In this document: positions 49,907-57,657 of the stretch, piece by piece
Numbering within the stretch: the first letter of the stretch is position 1
How the letters are laid out: each line of letters opens with the position of its first letter
Assembly: GCA_030625565.1 (NCBI GenBank)
Contig: DAOUQO010000001.1
Coordinates: 3,220-67,219 of the forward strand
DNA length: 64,000 nt
From: Aliiroseovarius sp.
GTDB lineage: Bacteria > Pseudomonadota > Alphaproteobacteria > Rhodobacterales > Rhodobacteraceae
Direction: 5' to 3'
Translations under genes and position numbers: made by a program
The notes under the pieces: generated by a model
Told to the model about the DNA's origin: nothing
The model's input: only the letters and a program-made list of their open reading frames with translations
Database searches by the model: none

Positions 49907-50068
49907 TCTGATAAAAAAGCTTGCAATTTGCGCGCTTAGCCCTCATGTGGGCCGTGTACGACAGATCTATTCTACCCCGCCTCCTTTTCTAAGCAGCCGG
50001 TTAAAGTTCAAGACTGCGCTACCAGGCCGCCGCATTCCGTGGGCGGTATATGATTAGGAGATACGGGA

Positions 50069-50278
50069 ATGGCTAATGGCACCGTAAAATGGTTTAACCC
50101 AACTAAAGGCTTCGGCTTCATCGCACCTGACGACGGCGGCAAAGACGTGTTTGTACACATCTCAGCTGTTGAGCGCGCTGGTCTGACTGGCCTTGCTGAC
50201 AACCAAAAAGTGACTTTTGACCTGGAAGCAGGCCGTGACGGTCGCGAATCTGCGGGTAACATCGCACTGGTTGACTAA
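50069..50278 (+). CDS. cold-shock protein (CspA family), copy 2
   Basis: MANGTVKWFNPTKGFGFI and DVFVHIS. SD AGGAG. Confidence 0.93.
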   Translation: MANGTVKWFNPTKGFGFIAPDDGGKDVFVHISAVERAGLTGLADNQKVTFDLEAGRDGRESAGNIALVD

Positions 50279-50301
50279 AAAATTTCCCTTTTGGGATTTT
50301 A

Positions 50302-50337
50302 GACCCCGTTCGGCTAACCCCGGGCGGGGTTTTTCTT
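50302..50337 (+). terminator. intrinsic terminator after csp copy 2
   Basis: GACCCCG..CGGGGT stem followed by TTTTTCTTT. Confidence 0.6.
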
Positions 50338-50412
50338 TGTCCAAAGCCTGCTTGTGACTTTAACTTTGGTTTTCACCAACGATATGACAAAATATTCTTA
50401 GGCGATTGATCA

Positions 50413-50979
50413 ATGTCAAATCTGGCAGAATTCAAAGCTGCTATTGGCCAAGATATGACTCATACAAATCCAACACCCGAAATTTCCGCATCGTCACCGC
50501 ATCTTGCGCGCTGGATGCCACCTGCCCCGTTGTTTATGCTTCAGCCAATATTGCGGCGCATTGTAAAACGGGTTGCCAGGGAAAACCCCGATATGTTTGG
50601 CCGTCTTGGGCCGCACTACAAGGCAAACTTTGTTATTGACCCGATGAATTTGCCGTTTGTGCTGCTGCTGCGACCGGATCCGGATAATTTGTTTCTGCGG
50701 GCCTATCGGCGGCGCGACCTGCCCGACCATGACGCCAAAATCTCAGGGAAATTTCTTGATCTTTTGATGCTGGTCGATGGCGACGTTGACGGAGACGCCT
50801 TGTTTTTCGCCCGCGAACTAACCATTACCGGCAATACAGAAGCCGTGGTTTGCCTGCGTAATGCGCTGGATGATGTTGACGGAAGCATTGCTTCGGATGT
50901 TGCCAATATGTTTGGCCCTGTGGGGCGCACAACCCTTTCAGCCCTGCGGCGCGCAAAGCAACGCCAGACCTCAAACTAA
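50413..50979 (+). CDS. ubiT: SCP2 domain protein, UbiT-like accessory factor for O2-independent ubiquinone synthesis
   Basis: ~188 aa with an SCP2-like C-terminal half (GKFLDLLMLVDGDVDGDALFFARELTITGNTEAVV). Lies immediately upstream of two U32-family genes, as in E. coli yhbT-yhbU-yhbV. Confidence 0.75.
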   Translation: MSNLAEFKAAIGQDMTHTNPTPEISASSPHLARWMPPAPLFMLQPILRRIVKRVARENPDMFGRLGPHYKANFVIDPMNLPFVLLLRPDPDNLFLRAYRRRDLPDHDAKISGKFLDLLMLVDGDVDGDALFFARELTITGNTEAVVCLRNALDDVDGSIASDVANMFGPVGRTTLSALRRAKQRQTSN

Positions 50980-50990
50980 GGAAATACATA

Positions 50991-51989
50991 ATGAACCGAC
51001 CAGAACTGGTGTGCCCCGCCGGAACCCCATCGGCGATGCGAACGGCCGTTGATGCGGGGGCTGACGCGGTCTATTGCGGCTTTCAAAATGCCACCAATGC
51101 GCGCAATTTTCCCGGCTTGAATTTCACAATTCCCGAGCTGGAAAAATCGGTGGCCCACGCCCATGCAGGCGACACCAAGGTTTTACTGGCGGTCAACACA
51201 TTTCCGCCCGCAGGCAAGGTTAACCTGTGGAAAGAGGCGGTCGACGAAGGCGCACGCATCGGCGTCGATGCCTTTATTGTCGCCGATATTGGCGTGGCCG
51301 ACTATATCCACAAAAACCACCCCGAAATCAGGCTGCATCTGTCCGTGCAGGCCGCTGCCTCAACCCCTGAGGCGATCAAATTTTACTGCCGTGAATTCAA
51401 CGTCAAACGCGTGGTGCTGCCACGCATTCTAACTGTGCCTGAAATCAAGAACATGGCCGATGAAATCCCCTGCGAAATCGAAACCTTTATCTTTGGTAAT
51501 CATGGCCTGATGGTTGAAGGTCGCTGTAGCCTGACCAACTACATTACCGGCCTGTCCACCAATATGGATGGCGTGTGTTCACCCGCTGCTGATGTGCAAT
51601 ACATTAAGGATGACGCCGGAAACATGACCACGAAACTGGGTGAATTCACTATTGATTGTTTTTCATGCGATGAAAACGCGGGCTATCCGACAATATGCAA
51701 AGGCCGCTATCTGACGCCGGCCCATGACGGGGCGTATTATGCGTTTGAGGAACCGATCAGCCTGAATCTTTCAACCTTGCTGCCTGACCTCATGGCGGCG
51801 GGCGTAACGGCCCTGAAAATCGAAGGCCGCCAACGGTCGCGCGCCTATGTAAAATCCGTGGTCAGCGCCTATCGCAAGGCTGTTGATAGCATCATGGCCG
51901 GGGGCGAGCCTGAAATCTCGGGCCTGCTGGCCCTAACCGAAGGCCAAAAAGAAACCCAAGGCGCGTTTAAAAGCAAAACATGGCGGTAA
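50991..51989 (+). CDS. ubiU: U32 family protein, UbiU-like
   Basis: ELVCPAGTPSAMRTAVDAGADAVYCGF N-terminus typical of peptidase U32/YhbU, and a Cys-rich segment EGRCSLTNYITGLSTNMDGVCSP. 332 aa. Confidence 0.8.
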   Translation: MNRPELVCPAGTPSAMRTAVDAGADAVYCGFQNATNARNFPGLNFTIPELEKSVAHAHAGDTKVLLAVNTFPPAGKVNLWKEAVDEGARIGVDAFIVADIGVADYIHKNHPEIRLHLSVQAAASTPEAIKFYCREFNVKRVVLPRILTVPEIKNMADEIPCEIETFIFGNHGLMVEGRCSLTNYITGLSTNMDGVCSPAADVQYIKDDAGNMTTKLGEFTIDCFSCDENAGYPTICKGRYLTPAHDGAYYAFEEPISLNLSTLLPDLMAAGVTALKIEGRQRSRAYVKSVVSAYRKAVDSIMAGGEPEISGLLALTEGQKETQGAFKSKTWR

Positions 51990-51991
51990 CG

Positions 51992-52906
51992 ATGAAAACC
52001 CAACTAACCATAGCCCCGATTCTGTTTCACTGGAGCCCCGAGCAAAAGCTGGATTTCTACGCCCGCATTGCTGACGAAGCCCCAGTTGATGTTGTATATC
52101 TTGGAGAAGTGATCTGTTCAAAACGCACGCCTTTCTTTGAAAAACATTATGACGAAGTGGCCGAACGCCTGACACGCGGCGGAAAAAAGGTTGTGTTTTC
52201 AACCCTTTCCGAAGTAATGCTAAAACGTGAACGCAATATGGTTGCCGGTTTTTGCGAGCTGGAGGATTATGAACTTGAGGTAAATGACAGCTCGGCCCTA
52301 TGGCATCTGGAAGGGAAATCTTACCGCATCGGATCGCTCATGAATGTCTATAATGAAGACACGATGACCTATCTAGTGGGCAAAGGCGCGACCCACTTTA
52401 GCCTGCCCTCGGAAATGCCGGGCGACAGCGTTGCCGTGCTGGCCGCGCGCGCAAAAGAACTGGGCGTGACCACCGAAGTACAGGTTTTTGGCCGTGCATC
52501 TCTGGCGCTTTCGGCGCGCTGCTATCACGCCCGTGCTCATGGCCGGATCAAGGATAATTGCCAGTTTGTTTGCGAACAAGACCCTGACGGAATGCCGCTG
52601 AACACCGTGGATAAACAGGAATTCTTGACGGTAAACGGCATCCAGACCCTATCGCAAAGCTACCTGAATTTGCTGGGCGATCTGGCCGGAATGCAGGAAA
52701 TGGGCATCACCCATTACCGGCTGGTGCCACATACCCAAGATATGGTTGCGGTGGCGAACATCTTCCGAAATGCGCTGGATGGCACTGTTTCTGTTGAAGA
52801 ATCCATGCAAGACCTGTCTGATTTGGATATTCCCGCGCCGTTCTCAAATGGCTTCTGGCACGGCCAACCCGGACACCAATGGATTGACCAAACACCAACC
52901 ACTTAG
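51992..52906 (+). CDS. ubiV: U32 family protein, UbiV-like
   Basis: MKTQLTIAPILFHWSPEQKLDFY..VYLGEVICSKR parallels the YhbV N-terminus. Cys cluster CYHARAHGRIKDNCQFVC (C-x12-C-x3-C). The start may instead be ATG 51980, which overlaps ubiU. Confidence 0.8.
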   Translation: MKTQLTIAPILFHWSPEQKLDFYARIADEAPVDVVYLGEVICSKRTPFFEKHYDEVAERLTRGGKKVVFSTLSEVMLKRERNMVAGFCELEDYELEVNDSSALWHLEGKSYRIGSLMNVYNEDTMTYLVGKGATHFSLPSEMPGDSVAVLAARAKELGVTTEVQVFGRASLALSARCYHARAHGRIKDNCQFVCEQDPDGMPLNTVDKQEFLTVNGIQTLSQSYLNLLGDLAGMQEMGITHYRLVPHTQDMVAVANIFRNALDGTVSVEESMQDLSDLDIPAPFSNGFWHGQPGHQWIDQTPTT

Positions 52907-53103
52907 ATCTGATTTTTGTTGATAGGCGCAAAGGTACCGACGGGCGGTGCCTGACACTTCCAATTCCACTTGGCCAATAGATTCCATGGCGGATCAGTCG
53001 CAGCACCCGCACCCTGAACCGGATCATAGAATGGCGGGAAAGCCGAGTGGAAAATGGCCGCATAATCCTACAAGCGGACCCCATTAAAAATGGGGGGGGG
53101 GTA

Positions 53104-53790
53104 TCAGACCACACGTTGCTGCACCACAACTTCGCCCTGCGTGCCCCATGGCATATAGGTGAAGCCAGCGCGCGACAGCCCGTCAAACATGGCCTTGAGC
53201 GTTGATGGCGGATAGCGTCCCGTATGGATTTCCATGATCAGCAAGCGCACACAAGATGGCCAGTCTTGTTGACAAATATCAACTTCTCCGCCCTCAATAT
53301 CCAAAATAACAACGCTTGGCTTATACTTTTCCAACAATTTCGTAAAATGAAGCGCGGGTACTGAAATGACATTGGCAGCATTCGTTTCTACTGGTTTTAT
53401 ATGCGAGGCCCAAAAGCCCTTTTCAACTTTGAACACGACATTATCACCTTCAAAGCTGTCTGGCACAACCGCACCATGCACCAGTTCAACACCCCCTGCG
53501 GCATTCAGGTTTAGGTTACGGCGAATTATCGGAAGCATTTCTGGCGACGCCTCGACACTGACGACATTATCAACCCCAACCATATGTGCTGCGCGGGTTG
53601 AAATGAACCCGGCACCGGCCCCGATATCAAGCACCGTGTCGCCCTTGACCAAATGCCTGCCAATGGCGGCAAATTCATTCCATTCATAATTTCCAGACTC
53701 TAGCGCCTTGCTAAGCTGGGGGGTCAAGTACGTATCCGGAACACGTACCTTAATCCCTTTAATTTCAAATTGCGCCACAATATCCTCCAC
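53104..53790 (-). CDS. FkbM family SAM-dependent methyltransferase
   Basis: SAM motif VLDIGAGAGFIS and the FkbM-typical ILDIEGGEV. 228 aa. Confidence 0.75.
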   Translation of the reverse strand: MEDIVAQFEIKGIKVRVPDTYLTPQLSKALESGNYEWNEFAAIGRHLVKGDTVLDIGAGAGFISTRAAHMVGVDNVVSVEASPEMLPIIRRNLNLNAAGGVELVHGAVVPDSFEGDNVVFKVEKGFWASHIKPVETNAANVISVPALHFTKLLEKYKPSVVILDIEGGEVDICQQDWPSCVRLLIMEIHTGRYPPSTLKAMFDGLSRAGFTYMPWGTQGEVVVQQRVV

Positions 53791-53892
53791 CTGAATTTAC
53801 ATGACGCATTGCATCAGTGCGCCTGCTTTCGTACCCTAAGACTGCGGCCCTTCTAAGGAAATGCTGCGAAAAATCAACCCGGGGGCGGCATT

Positions 53893-54564
53893 GTGAAACT
53901 ATGGATAGGTCTGGGGAATCCCGGTGTAAAGTACACTGGGAACCGGCATAATATTGGTTTTATGGCAGTTGAACGCGTGGCTGATGACCACGGATTTTCG
54001 CCGTGGCGCGCCAAATTTCAGGGCCAGATATGCGAAGGCCGGCTTGGCCGCGAAAAGGTGCTATTGCTAAAACCCACCACGTTTATGAACCTTTCGGGTC
54101 AGGCCGTCGGCGAAGCCATGCGGTTTTATAAGCTCACCCCCGATGATATCACCGTTTTTCACGATGAGCTGGACCTTGCCCCCGGTAAGGTGCGGGTCAA
54201 ACAGGGCGGCGGTCATGCGGGTCATAATGGCCTGCGTTCCATGCACGCCCATATTGGCGCCGATTACACCCGCGTGCGGCTGGGCATTGGCCATCCCGGC
54301 CACAAAGATCGGGTCGCGCATTATGTGCTGTCTGATTTTGCCAAGGCGGATCAAAACTGGCTGGATGATGTGTTGCGCGGCATTTGCGACGGTGTCGCCA
54401 AATTGGCCGATGGCGACGCGCCGGGGTTCATGAATGCCATTGGCCTGCGGATGAAGCCCCCCGCAGCAAAAAGAATAGAACACCCCAAGCCATTGGTTAC
54501 AATTGGAAAACCGGATGAAGATACCCGAACCTCGATGCAAAAGCTGATGGATAAATTCACCTGA
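53893..54564 (+). CDS. pth: peptidyl-tRNA hydrolase
   Basis: LWIGLGNPGVKYTGNRHNIGFM and GGHAGHNGLRS. GTG start. Confidence 0.94.
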   Translation: MKLWIGLGNPGVKYTGNRHNIGFMAVERVADDHGFSPWRAKFQGQICEGRLGREKVLLLKPTTFMNLSGQAVGEAMRFYKLTPDDITVFHDELDLAPGKVRVKQGGGHAGHNGLRSMHAHIGADYTRVRLGIGHPGHKDRVAHYVLSDFAKADQNWLDDVLRGICDGVAKLADGDAPGFMNAIGLRMKPPAAKRIEHPKPLVTIGKPDEDTRTSMQKLMDKFT

Positions 54565-54694
54565 ACGTTTCTGCGCTACAAATCGGGGATGTAACCGTTA
54601 AACAAAATTAACTTTATCCCTGTCGATTTTCATGGACGTTGGGTTGAATGGCAGGCAGGCTGAACCGGCGAACAGAAACAAAGGAAAATGAACC

Positions 54695-54937
54695 ATGACC
54701 GAAGTCCCGATTATTGCCCAAAAATCCCCCTATATGACCGAAGTAGAAGAAGGCAAAAGCTATTTTTGGTGCTCTTGCGGCAAGTCCAAGAACCAGCCGT
54801 TTTGTGACGGGGCGCATAAGGGCACAGGAATGGTGCCGGTAAAATACACCGCCGACGCAACCAAAACCGTGGCTTTTTGTGGCTGCAAGCAAGCGGGCGA
54901 TGGCCCGTTATGTGATGGCACCCACAAAAACCTTTAG
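54695..54937 (+). CDS. CDGSH iron-sulfur domain-containing protein (two CDGSH motifs)
   Basis: CSCGKSKNQPFCDGAHK and CGCKQAGDGPLCDGTHK. SD AAAGGAAA. Confidence 0.88.
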   Translation: MTEVPIIAQKSPYMTEVEEGKSYFWCSCGKSKNQPFCDGAHKGTGMVPVKYTADATKTVAFCGCKQAGDGPLCDGTHKNL

Positions 54938-54948
54938 GAGCAAAACAC

Positions 54949-56103
54949 ATGTGGAAATTTCTACGCAAACTTGTCTTGAACCTTGTCGTTCTTTTGATCG
55001 CCTTGGGCATCTGGAAACGCGAACAATTAACGCGGCTAATGGCGGTAAATTCGCTGTTTGAGGCCGAAAAAATTGTCGGAAATTTTTCACATATGGACAC
55101 CATGTTCCTGACCAAAGGCATGGGCATTGGAATAGGGCCTATCAGCCCGCTTCCGACTGGCCAACCGATGGATATGCCCGATGAAATCACCGCGTGGATA
55201 TCCGATCGGGCGGTTACCGCCCTTGTGGTTTTGAAAGACGGCCAAATGGTACACGAGGATTATTTCCTTGATACCGACGCGGATGATTTACGCATTTCAT
55301 GGTCCGTCGCCAAAAGCTATCTTTCCGCCCTTGTTGGCATTCTTTTGGAGGATGGCACGATTGCCTCGCTTGAGGATCCGGTAACGAAATACGCGCCTGA
55401 ACTGGTCGGATCAGCCTATGAAGGGGCCAGCCTGCGCAACGTTTTAAACATGGCCTCGGGGGTTGAATTTGATGAGGATTATTTAGATTTCTGGTCTGAT
55501 ATCAACAAGATGGGTCGTGTTTTAGCAATGGGTGGCTCACTTGATGCCTTTGCCGCAGGGCTGGACGGCCAAGTAAACCCACCCGGCGAAGGCTGGCATT
55601 ATGTATCGATTGACACACATGTGATTGGCATGGTTGTGCGCGGCGCAACCGGCCAATCAATACCTGAATTACTTGAGCAAAAAGTGCTGATCCCGATGGG
55701 AATGGAGGCCGCGCCTTATTATGTCACCGATGGCCACGGCGCAGCGTTTGTGCTGGGCGGACTGAATGTTACCACCCGCGATTACGCCCGATTTGGGCAG
55801 ATGTATTTGCAAGGCGGCGCATGGAACGGCCAACAGATTGTACCGGCCGACTGGGTTGCAGCATCGACAGTTCCAACCGCCCCGACAGCGGATGGCGCCA
55901 TAAAATATGGCTATCAATGGTGGATACCGGCGGATGCACCCGAAGGCGAATATTTGGCGCGCGGAGTCTATGGTCAATATATCTATCTTAACCAAGATGC
56001 CGGCGTGGTCATTGCCGTCAATTCAGCCGATAAACTATTTCGCGAGCCCGGCTCATTCGCGCAAAATCTGTCGGCCTTTCGCGCGATTGCAGGCGCATTA
56101 TGA
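54949..56103 (+). CDS. serine hydrolase (beta-lactamase / class C-related family) with N-terminal membrane anchor
   Basis: S-x-x-K motif in WSVAKSY, with YVSIDTHV and GYQWW further on. SD AGGAG. Confidence 0.8.
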   Translation: MWKFLRKLVLNLVVLLIALGIWKREQLTRLMAVNSLFEAEKIVGNFSHMDTMFLTKGMGIGIGPISPLPTGQPMDMPDEITAWISDRAVTALVVLKDGQMVHEDYFLDTDADDLRISWSVAKSYLSALVGILLEDGTIASLEDPVTKYAPELVGSAYEGASLRNVLNMASGVEFDEDYLDFWSDINKMGRVLAMGGSLDAFAAGLDGQVNPPGEGWHYVSIDTHVIGMVVRGATGQSIPELLEQKVLIPMGMEAAPYYVTDGHGAAFVLGGLNVTTRDYARFGQMYLQGGAWNGQQIVPADWVAASTVPTAPTADGAIKYGYQWWIPADAPEGEYLARGVYGQYIYLNQDAGVVIAVNSADKLFREPGSFAQNLSAFRAIAGAL

Positions 56104-56474
56104 CCATTCCCGTTCAGGATGATCCGGTCAATGTTCTGGGCGAGGCCCTGATCACCTGCGGCATGGATCCTGTCACCGGGTATTTTCGCGATGGCCATTG
56201 CAACACCTGTGCCGAAGATTTCGGCAGCCACACCGTGTGCGTGGTCATGACCAATGAATTTCTGGCCTATTCCAAATATCTGGGCAACGATTTATCAACC
56301 CCACAACCGGAATTCGGGTTCCGGGGGTTAAAGTCCGGCGATACATGGTGCCTGTGCGCCAGTCGGTTTTTGCAAGCACATGACGAAGGTGTCGCCCCGC
56401 GCGTATTCCTTGCCGCCACCCATATGCGTGCACTGGATGTGGTGCCGTTGAACGTGCTGAAGCAATACGGATAA
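56100..56474 (+). CDS. DUF2237 family protein
   Basis: NVLGEALITCGMDPVTGYFRDGHCNT..GSHTVCVVMT..GDTWCLCASRF fits DUF2237. Its ATG overlaps the upstream stop (ATGA). Confidence 0.78.
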   Translation: MTIPVQDDPVNVLGEALITCGMDPVTGYFRDGHCNTCAEDFGSHTVCVVMTNEFLAYSKYLGNDLSTPQPEFGFRGLKSGDTWCLCASRFLQAHDEGVAPRVFLAATHMRALDVVPLNVLKQYG

Positions 56475-56500
56475 GGCCGCCTTAGTGCTTGTTATAGGGG

Positions 56501-56992
56501 CTAGTCTGTCAGGGGATCACTGATCAGATCATCAATGAAATGGCTCAGCAATTGTGGGCGCCCGGAAACATCGGCCTTGCGGAAAATCGCATTGGTCTGC
56601 GCCTTTACAGTGCCTTCCGAAGTGTCACGCAGGCTGGCGATTTCGGATGTCGACATTCCCTTGATCACAAACAATGCGACGTCGCGCTCGGCCGGGGTCA
56701 GGACCCATTCAGCGAAACGTTCATCTAAAAGTTCCATGAATGCGCCCGATGCAACACGCAATTGATCATTAATTTTCTTAACCCGTTTGATGCTTTTTCG
56801 TAGTGCAAAGCCCCCCAAAACAGCCCCCAATAACAGCCCGATTGCAGCCCCTATTTCCAGGCCTTCATGGATTTCCCAATCCAAGGGCTTGGCTCGAAGG
56901 CCTAGAACAGAAATTGTGATGTCCGATATGAAGAAAAAGGCACAAAGCACCTGAATGACCAAAGCGGTCAGGATGATCCATTGTTCTTTCAC
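56501..56992 (-). CDS. membrane-anchored LuxR/GerE-family HTH transcriptional regulator
   Basis: Two N-terminal TM helices (WIILTALVIQVLCAFFFISDITI ; IGAAIGLLLGAVLGGFAL) and a C-terminal GerE HTH LTPAERDVALFVIKGMSTSEIASLRDTSEGTVKAQTNAIFRK. GTG start. Confidence 0.8.
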   Translation of the reverse strand: MKEQWIILTALVIQVLCAFFFISDITISVLGLRAKPLDWEIHEGLEIGAAIGLLLGAVLGGFALRKSIKRVKKINDQLRVASGAFMELLDERFAEWVLTPAERDVALFVIKGMSTSEIASLRDTSEGTVKAQTNAIFRKADVSGRPQLLSHFIDDLISDPLTD

Positions 56993-57045
56993 TCTATTTC
57001 AAGCTCCGTTGCTTTATCTGCAAGCTGTATCGTATCTACTTTGGG

Positions 57046-57549
57046 CTAATCGTCTTCATCGTCGGGTTCGTCTTCGTCGTCGGGTTCATCTTCATCGTCG
57101 GGTTCGTCTTCGTCGTCGGGTTCATCTTCGTCGTCGGGCTCGTCTTCGTCGTCGGGTTCATCTTCGTCGTCGGGCTCGTCTTCATCGTCAGGTTCGTCTT
57201 CCGGTTCGTCTTCCGGTTCATCGTCGGGTTCGTCGTCATCCGTACCTGTAGCGGGGGCCGTTGTTTCCGGGCTGGTCGTTGACACCACGGCAGGTTTTCC
57301 GGTCTCAATATCTATTGTATAATCGCGCAATACTTCACCAGTATTTACATTCAGCACTATCTCACGCCGCAACCCATCGCCGGTTGCAACGAAACGAAGC
57401 CGGCCAAGGAAGGTTCGGCTCACAGAAATATGTGTAAAGCCCTGGTTTGTCAGCAGGTGAATGGTGCTATCAGTAAGTGTTTCTGCGTTTACTGCGCTGC
57501 CACTAAGACCAGCACACAACAATGTAATTATAAACTGACGTCGTTTCAT
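57046..57549 (-). CDS. secreted PepSY-like domain protein with (DEPDDE)n polyacidic C-terminal tail
   Basis: Signal peptide MKRRQFIITLLCAGLSGSAVNA. A ~70-aa module ends REIVLNVNTGEVLRDY (PepSY-like). The ~70-aa tail is made only of D/E/P plus a few T/G. SD AAAGGA. Confidence 0.75.
   Translation of the reverse strand: MKRRQFIITLLCAGLSGSAVNAETLTDSTIHLLTNQGFTHISVSRTFLGRLRFVATGDGLRREIVLNVNTGEVLRDYTIDIETGKPAVVSTTSPETTAPATGTDDDEPDDEPEDEPEDEPDDEDEPDDEDEPDDEDEPDDEDEPDDEDEPDDEDEPDDEDEPDDEDD
57051..57230 (-). repeat. in-frame coding tandem repeat: 8 x 18 nt then 3 x 12 nt
   Basis: Plus-strand units of the form CGTCTTCGTCGTCGGGTT (some begin CATC instead of CGTC) occupy 57051..57194. Units 2-7 alternate the two forms, giving a 36-nt super-period. 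Units CGTCTTCCGGTT follow to 57230. Confidence 0.95.
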
Positions 57550-57657
57550 GATTCTGCAGGTCCTTTATCCTACAATGCGATGCCTCGGGCAGGCTTTCAA
57601 CCCGCCCAAGGAAATTGGGGCTTAACTCATATTTAGTTTGCGAATTTAGGCGCGTGA

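Noticed and set aside
52707-53186. 159-aa minus-strand ORF spanning the ubiV 3' end and the following gap
   Set aside because: It overlaps ubiV and the methyltransferase gene, is Arg/Ser/Cys-rich with no motif, and has no SD.
56955-57251. Arg-rich ORF (RRVRLRRRVHLHRRVRLRRR..) and its counterpart at 57615..57884 (RHRRRHLRHRRRHL..)
   Set aside because: These are complementary-strand readings of the GA/TC-rich acidic-tail repeats. They lack SDs. The D/E frame is attached to proper signal peptides, SDs and globular domains.
57036-57308. Alternative minus-strand frames through the repeat arrays (TNPTMKMNPTTK.. ; also 57633..57830 MAKMTTMAKM..)
   Set aside because: They are open only because a tandem repeat contains no stop codon in any frame. 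There is no independent start context.
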